A stretch of DNA of 64,000 nt, from positions 3,713-67,712 of the forward strand of contig JABHFS010000109.1 of NCBI GenBank assembly GCA_018672475.1, given 5' to 3'. A model generated the notes under the pieces. It saw only the letters and a program-made list of their open reading frames with translations. It had not been told where the DNA came from and did no database searches. The position numbers were made by a program, and so were the translations under genes. Shown one piece after another: positions 59,359 through 64,000 of the stretch (position 1 is the first letter of the stretch; each line of letters begins with the position of its first letter). The stretch is from Gemmatimonadota bacterium. GTDB lineage: Bacteria > Latescibacterota > UBA2968 > UBA8231.

Positions 59359-62300
59359 GTGCTGCTGGGGATCGGGGGCGCATTGTCGACTGTAACTGTT
59401 GCCCCCCGAGTCAGTATCGCCATACCAGTCTACAATAAAGCCGAATTTACCGAAGCTTGTCTTTATGGCGTGGCAGAAAATACGGATGACGACCCCTCCT
59501 ATGAGGTGATTGTCATCGACAATGCCTCGACCGACTGGACGAAATATCTGCTGCACGCTTTCGAGGGGGATATCCGCGTTGAATACAACGACGAGAATAA
59601 GGGATTCGCCCGGGCTAACAACCAGGCAGCGGCCATGGCGAGCGGGGATTACCTACTCTTCCTCAACAACGATACCGTGCCGCAACCGGGGTGGTTGCGT
59701 GAAATGGTGGGCTTGGCCGATTCAGATCCGTCCATCGGCATTGTCGGTTCGAAGTTGCTCTATCCAGAAACAGGCAAGATACAACACGCCGGCATAGAAT
59801 TGATCCATGGCGTTCCCGACCATATCCACCGAGAGGCCGCTGCCGATGATCCGCAGGTTAACGCGGTGCGCGACTTCGATATGGTGACCGGTGCCTGCAT
59901 GCTGGTGCGCCGGGGGCTTTTCGCGGAACTGCAGGGTTTTGACGAAAACTTCCTCAACGGGGTCGAAGACGTCGATTTATGCCTTCGAGCGCGAGAGAAA
60001 GGGTGGCGGGTCGTCTATTGCCCGACGAGTGTCGTCGAACACCACGAAGGCAGCAGCGAGGGGCGTTACGATCATGTGCGCGAGAATCTGCAGCGCTTTG
60101 TCGACCGCTGGCAAGGGCGTTTTGACGCTGAAGGCAGATTGATGGTCGGCGGTAAAGAGGCGATTTCCGCGACGCGAAAGGTGCGAGGGGTGGTACCCGA
60201 GCCGGTGGCCGTCCAGTCGCGGCCCTTCCGCGGAAATTGGGAGGGGTCGTTTCTAGTCTATTCGAGTTTGGCCACGGTCAATCGCGAATTGGTCTTAGCG
60301 CTGTTGCGGAGTGAGAAATTCGAGTTGGGTTTGTTGCAGGCCGAACCCGGTGAGCGGGCGGAGGTCGCAATCACTTCCCGCTTGTACCCGGTCGCCGAAC
60401 GGCTGGACAAAGCGTTAGACGGCGAGGTCGACTTCCATCTGCGCCACCATTGGCCGCCGAATTTCAGCCGCCCCCCGGCCGGGAAGCTGGTCCTGGTGCA
60501 GCCTTGGGAATTCGGACGGATTCCCAGCGAATGGGTCGAGCCGATCCAACAGAATGTCGACCAGATATGGGCTTATACCAGTTATGTTCGCGATTGTTAT
60601 ATCGCCAGCGGCATTGATCCGAATCTGGTGGAGGTCGTTCGTCTTGGGGTTGATCCGGAGCGTTTCCAGCCAGGCCTTAGCGGGTTGTATTTGCCTACCG
60701 AAAAGACCTTTAAATTCTTATTTGTCGGCGGGACATTAGAGCGCAAGGGCATCGATTGTCTGCTCAAGGCCTATCGCCAAGCCTTTACCCCGGAAGATGA
60801 CGTGTGCCTGGTGATAAAAGACATGGGCACCCGTACTTTCTATGAGAATCAGACGGCGGGTGAGCAGATCCGCACGTTACAAAATGATCCTCACTGCGCC
60901 GACATTCTCTATTTGACCGAAGATCTTCCGGAGGCCGATATCCCGAGTCTGTACAGCGGGTGCGATTGCCTTGTGCATCCCTATCGCGGGGAGGGTTTTG
61001 GCCTGCCCGTCGCCGAGGCGATGGCCTGCGGGTTGCCAGTGGTGGTGACGGCGGGCGGGGCCTGTGACGATTTTTGCAATGAGGATACCGCCTATCTGGT
61101 GTCTGCGCGGAGGGTGCCGGTCAGGTTGCCCGATGAGATGGAATTGGCGGGCGACCCATGGGTGCTCGAACCGAACCCCGACGAGCTCAAGGCGAGATTG
61201 CGCACGGTTTTTGAGCGGCGGGAGGAGGCGGCGCAGCGGGGGAAAGCAGCGGCTGAACATATCGCGGCGCACTTTACTTGGCAAGATGCCGCGGAGGATG
61301 CCCAGGCGGCGCTGACGAAGTTGCGGCAGGCAACTTCGTCAACGATGGAGCCTGTGGTCGCTCCGGCGTTGGCAATAGGAGCTATGCAGCAATTGGCCTC
61401 GCCGGTGCAGGCGCCGTCCGTAGAAATTACGCTCGTCGTGCTTGGTGATGTGGCCGAAGAAACCATCGATGAAGTAATGGTCGGTTTGGGTGAGGGGGTA
61501 GTTCGTTTTGATTTGCGCGATGGTGCGGATACGGCGGTATCGTTGGGTGGGGAACTCGAGGCGCTGCGGCAACGGATGGAGGGGGAATACTTGGTGTGTA
61601 TTGGGCAAGGACAGACGATTGACGCCGAGGGCATTGCCCAATTGATCGAGCATTTGCGATTACAGAACAATATCGCCGCTGTGCAACCATCGCTTGCAGG
61701 TGAGGCCAAAGGGGTCGGTCTGGTAGACCTGGAGATCGCCGAAGGGCGGATCGTCGCTTTCCGCGGGCAGGCACTTGCGACGATTGGCGGTTTTGACCAC
61801 AGTTTTCACTCACCGGCGGTGTTGTGTGAGGCGACGCGCCAACTCGGGCGCCATGGGGGGAGAGTTGTGCAAGTGCTCGAATGCGTCTCGGTCGGGGGAC
61901 AAGGGCCGCTTGACCAGGTGCATCAAGATGAGCTCAAAGCGATCTATGCGTTGGCTGAAGGTGATCGTATGCGTTCGCTTGGGGATGACGAGGCGGCATT
62001 GTCAGCTTATCGGGATTCGGTCGTGGCGAAGGGTGATTTTGTCGAGTCGATCGTGGTGTTGTCAGCTTTGCTGATGGAATCCGGTCGGTCCGCCGATGCG
62101 ATCGAACATCTCGAATGTCTGGTGCAGATGGATGAAGGATCCTTTCGGGCGCACAATTATCTGGGGTTGGCGCGTTATCAGGCGGGGCAGGTCGAAGCGG
62201 CGCGGTCGACGATGAAGAAGGCACTGGCGCTAAACTCCGCCTGTGTGGAAACGCTGATCAATCTGGCGGTATTGGAGTGGGAGCAGGGGGAAGCCTTGGA

Positions 62301-62604
62301 AGCCGTTGATTATCTAGAGAAGGCGGCCAAGTTGGAGCCGGACAATCGGGATGTTATCGTCAACACCGGGGTCATATACGCCCAGTCCGGCAACCCCGCC
62401 GCTGGCATCGCCCTCCTGCGAGAGTATCTGGATCTCAACCCACGCGATCAGGGTGCGGCCTCGTCGCTGGCCGATGTGCTGATACAGACCGGGGAGCTAC
62501 AGGCGGCGCGCGAATTGGCCGGACGTCTGCTGGCGCACGACCCGCAGTATCCGGTGGCACATGCCATATTGGAGAGAATACGTGGGCAAGAAGAGCAAGA
62601 GTAA
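59359..62604 (+). CDS. Multidomain glycosyltransferase: GT2, GT4, a GT2-like middle region, and C-terminal TPR repeats
   Basis: GT2: VSIAIPVYNKAEF, VIVIDNASTD, FLNNDT, EDVDLCLR. GT4: FLFVGGTLERKGID, GEGFGLPVAEAMACGLPVV. TPR: aa ~860-1081 (AHNYLGLARYQAGQVEAA..., NLAVLEWEQGEALEAVDYLEKAAKLEPDN). The start is GTG 59359 or TTG 59383. Confidence 0.85.
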   Translation: MLLGIGGALSTVTVAPRVSIAIPVYNKAEFTEACLYGVAENTDDDPSYEVIVIDNASTDWTKYLLHAFEGDIRVEYNDENKGFARANNQAAAMASGDYLLFLNNDTVPQPGWLREMVGLADSDPSIGIVGSKLLYPETGKIQHAGIELIHGVPDHIHREAAADDPQVNAVRDFDMVTGACMLVRRGLFAELQGFDENFLNGVEDVDLCLRAREKGWRVVYCPTSVVEHHEGSSEGRYDHVRENLQRFVDRWQGRFDAEGRLMVGGKEAISATRKVRGVVPEPVAVQSRPFRGNWEGSFLVYSSLATVNRELVLALLRSEKFELGLLQAEPGERAEVAITSRLYPVAERLDKALDGEVDFHLRHHWPPNFSRPPAGKLVLVQPWEFGRIPSEWVEPIQQNVDQIWAYTSYVRDCYIASGIDPNLVEVVRLGVDPERFQPGLSGLYLPTEKTFKFLFVGGTLERKGIDCLLKAYRQAFTPEDDVCLVIKDMGTRTFYENQTAGEQIRTLQNDPHCADILYLTEDLPEADIPSLYSGCDCLVHPYRGEGFGLPVAEAMACGLPVVVTAGGACDDFCNEDTAYLVSARRVPVRLPDEMELAGDPWVLEPNPDELKARLRTVFERREEAAQRGKAAAEHIAAHFTWQDAAEDAQAALTKLRQATSSTMEPVVAPALAIGAMQQLASPVQAPSVEITLVVLGDVAEETIDEVMVGLGEGVVRFDLRDGADTAVSLGGELEALRQRMEGEYLVCIGQGQTIDAEGIAQLIEHLRLQNNIAAVQPSLAGEAKGVGLVDLEIAEGRIVAFRGQALATIGGFDHSFHSPAVLCEATRQLGRHGGRVVQVLECVSVGGQGPLDQVHQDELKAIYALAEGDRMRSLGDDEAALSAYRDSVVAKGDFVESIVVLSALLMESGRSADAIEHLECLVQMDEGSFRAHNYLGLARYQAGQVEAARSTMKKALALNSACVETLINLAVLEWEQGEALEAVDYLEKAAKLEPDNRDVIVNTGVIYAQSGNPAAGIALLREYLDLNPRDQGAASSLADVLIQTGELQAARELAGRLLAHDPQYPVAHAILERIRGQEEQE

Positions 62605-64000
62605 GGGCAAGAAACAAAAAAAGAACAAGGGTGCCCGCCTGCGCCGCCCGCAGCTGTCGCTTTGCATGATCGCTAGGGATGAGGCTGCATTTCTGGGGCA
62701 GTGCCTGCAAAGTGTCGCGGGTTTGGTAGACGAGATCGTCGTCGTCGATACGGGTTCGAGCGACGATACCGTCACCGTAGCCGGGCGCGCAGGTGCGCGG
62801 GTATTCAGTCAAGCCTGGGACGACGATTTCTCAAAGGCCCGTAATCGATCCATCGCCGAGGCGAAGGGTGAATGGATACTGGTGCTGGATTGTGACGAGG
62901 TTTTGGCAGCCCAGGACCATGCGCGGTTGCGCCAACTGCTCGCGGGCAGGGACGCCGACGCCTATCGCATGACGACCCGTAATTATAGTAAAGAGGAAAA
63001 CCGTTCTGGCTGGGTGCCCTGTCGCGGTGAAATCCCGGAGGAAAAGGGATATCCGGGTTATTTTCCGACTACCAAGGTCCGGCTTTGGCGCAATCGACGC
63101 GATGTACGCTTCGTCGGTGCGGTGCACGAGCTGGTCGAACCGACGTTATTGCAAGCGGGCATGGCGCTCGGCGACTGCCTGGTACCGGTGTATCATTATG
63201 GCCATATCGAAAAAGAGCGCGGCGTAGACCACTACCTGGAAGTCGGCGAGCGCAAGGTTCGCGACAATCCAGATGATTTGCGGGCTCGCTACGAATTGGC
63301 CATCGCCTATCGCAACGCCGAGCGTTTCGATGAGGCGCTGGCCAGCATCGAAACGGTGGTTGCACAAACCGCCGATACCGGAGAGGAAGCGCGGATCTAC
63401 CTGCAGGAGGACTTGGTCCTCTTGCTGCGAGCCGAGGTATTGGGACGCCTGAGACGTGCGGATGAAGCGCTGGCGGCCTATGATGAGATGCTCGCACGTT
63501 TCCCAGCGTCTTTTGAGGCGCTCAATAACAGGGGACTGCTGCTCGAACAATTTGGCCGTTTGGACGAAGCCCGGCAGTGTTATATGCGTGGGGCCGAGCT
63601 AGCTCCGGACAATCGCATTCTCGCCGACAACTTCAAGCGCTTACAGCGGAAAAATTATACACTCAGCGCCTGTATAATTGCGCGCGACGAAGAAGAGGTG
63701 CTCGGCCGTTGTCTCGACAGCTTGCGGGGCATCGTCGACGAGATTGTGGTGGTCGACACCGGCTCTGTCGACGGGACGATCGCGTTGGCCGAGGGCTATG
63801 GCGCACGGATCGGCCATTTCGAATGGTGCGACGATTTTTCCGCGGCACGCAATGCCTCACTCGAAATGGCGACCGGCGATTGGATCCTCTGGCTCGACGC
63901 CCATGACTATTTGTTGCCGGAGGATGGCGACAAAATACGCCAGGCGAAAGCTCTCGAACCTGATCAGGCCCTGTATTTTACCCTAGTCAACGAAGGCGGT
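62582..64000 (+). CDS. GT2 / TPR / GT2 glycosyltransferase, 5' part only (runs off the window); not in the supplied ORF track
   Basis: I checked codon by codon: 473 codons from GTG 62582 to 64000 contain no stop. GGAGAG lies 5 nt upstream; an alternative ATG is at 62561. GT2 domain 1: LSLCMIARDE, VVVDTGSSDDT, WDDDFSKARN, LVLDCDE. TPR: YELAIAYRNAERFDEAL, NNRGLLLEQFGRLDEARQCY. GT2 domain 2: LSACIIARDEE, VVVDTGSVDGT, WCDDFSAARN, LWLDAHD. Lys-rich N-terminus GKKSKSKGKKQKKNKG. Confidence 0.85.
   Translation, partial: MGKKSKSKGKKQKKNKGARLRRPQLSLCMIARDEAAFLGQCLQSVAGLVDEIVVVDTGSSDDTVTVAGRAGARVFSQAWDDDFSKARNRSIAEAKGEWILVLDCDEVLAAQDHARLRQLLAGRDADAYRMTTRNYSKEENRSGWVPCRGEIPEEKGYPGYFPTTKVRLWRNRRDVRFVGAVHELVEPTLLQAGMALGDCLVPVYHYGHIEKERGVDHYLEVGERKVRDNPDDLRARYELAIAYRNAERFDEALASIETVVAQTADTGEEARIYLQEDLVLLLRAEVLGRLRRADEALAAYDEMLARFPASFEALNNRGLLLEQFGRLDEARQCYMRGAELAPDNRILADNFKRLQRKNYTLSACIIARDEEEVLGRCLDSLRGIVDEIVVVDTGSVDGTIALAEGYGARIGHFEWCDDFSAARNASLEMATGDWILWLDAHDYLLPEDGDKIRQAKALEPDQALYFTLVNEGG

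Noticed and set aside
59006-59395. A 129-aa plus-strand ORF in the csrA to glycosyltransferase gap
   Set aside because: There is no SD. The sequence is Ser/Pro/Arg/Leu-rich with no motifs, and it overlaps the start of the large GT gene out of frame. I treat the gap as non-coding or regulatory, apart from the speculative 49-codon ORF.
1-64000. Search for CRISPR arrays, tRNA/rRNA genes, IS elements, integrases, prophage or known defence-system genes (RT, nucleases, helicases, TA pairs)
   Set aside because: None was found by eye. The only tandem repeats are short in-frame coding repeats (53401-53427 and 21924-21954). No direct or inverted terminal repeats, and no recombinase-like ORFs, were seen. 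A computational scan (tRNAscan-SE, Infernal, minced, DefenseFinder/PADLOC) would be needed to exclude small or degenerate elements.

Overview
GC-rich 64-kb chromosomal segment from a flagellated diderm bacterium (FlgH/FlgI L- and P-ring proteins, an Mla/MCE-type lipid transporter). Coding density is high, with about 60 genes, many with 1-14 nt overlaps. I saw no rRNA, tRNA, CRISPR array, transposase, integrase or recognisable defence genes. Main blocks, left to right: (1) a decayed TPR gene tail, an MDR oxidoreductase, two unknowns and a glycogen-synthase(GT3)-like glycosyltransferase. (2) A PKD-repeat/FGE-domain protein with a CheY-like receiver, divergent from an unknown 587-aa protein plus a DUF4384-like lipoprotein. 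(3) A minus-strand operon: MCE protein, PqiC-like lipoprotein, 506-aa outer-membrane candidate, STAS-MlaE permease, MlaF-like ATPase, folA, then aspC. (4) A lipid block: a DAG-kinase-family lipid kinase divergent from a 1416-aa FAR/acyl-ligase/ACP/PlsC fusion protein (ElbD-like ether-lipid megasynthase architecture), followed by an Lgt paralog, an OYE flavoprotein, an SDR and an MBL-fold protein with two cNMP-binding domains. (5) A ThrC-like/amidohydrolase pair. (6) A DUF2231/sensor kinase/sigma54 enhancer-binding regulator operon, next to a convergent operon with a textbook sigma54 promoter, two upstream TTCGAC-N6-GTCGAA dyads, an LTXXQ periplasmic protein, a Ca-binding-repeat protein and a beta-barrel protein. 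(7) A TRAP transporter, rpiA and a GNAT. (8) An AAC(3)-like/ACP/FkbH/GT4 operon, divergent from an alpha/alpha-toroid-like protein. (9) def and secreted FGE-like and CBM9-like proteins. (10) The flagellar operon flgF-G-A-H-I-J-N-K behind a sigma54 promoter, then flgL-fliW-csrA. (11) Two giant glycosyltransferase/TPR genes; the second (62582 to the window end) is absent from the supplied ORF track. The points most worth follow-up are the ElbD-like operon with non-canonical adenylation motifs, the sigma54 circuit with its dyad enhancers, the FkbH/ACP/AAC(3) module, and two consensus-like CsrA sites just downstream of csrA. All family assignments come from reading motifs by eye; no database search was possible.
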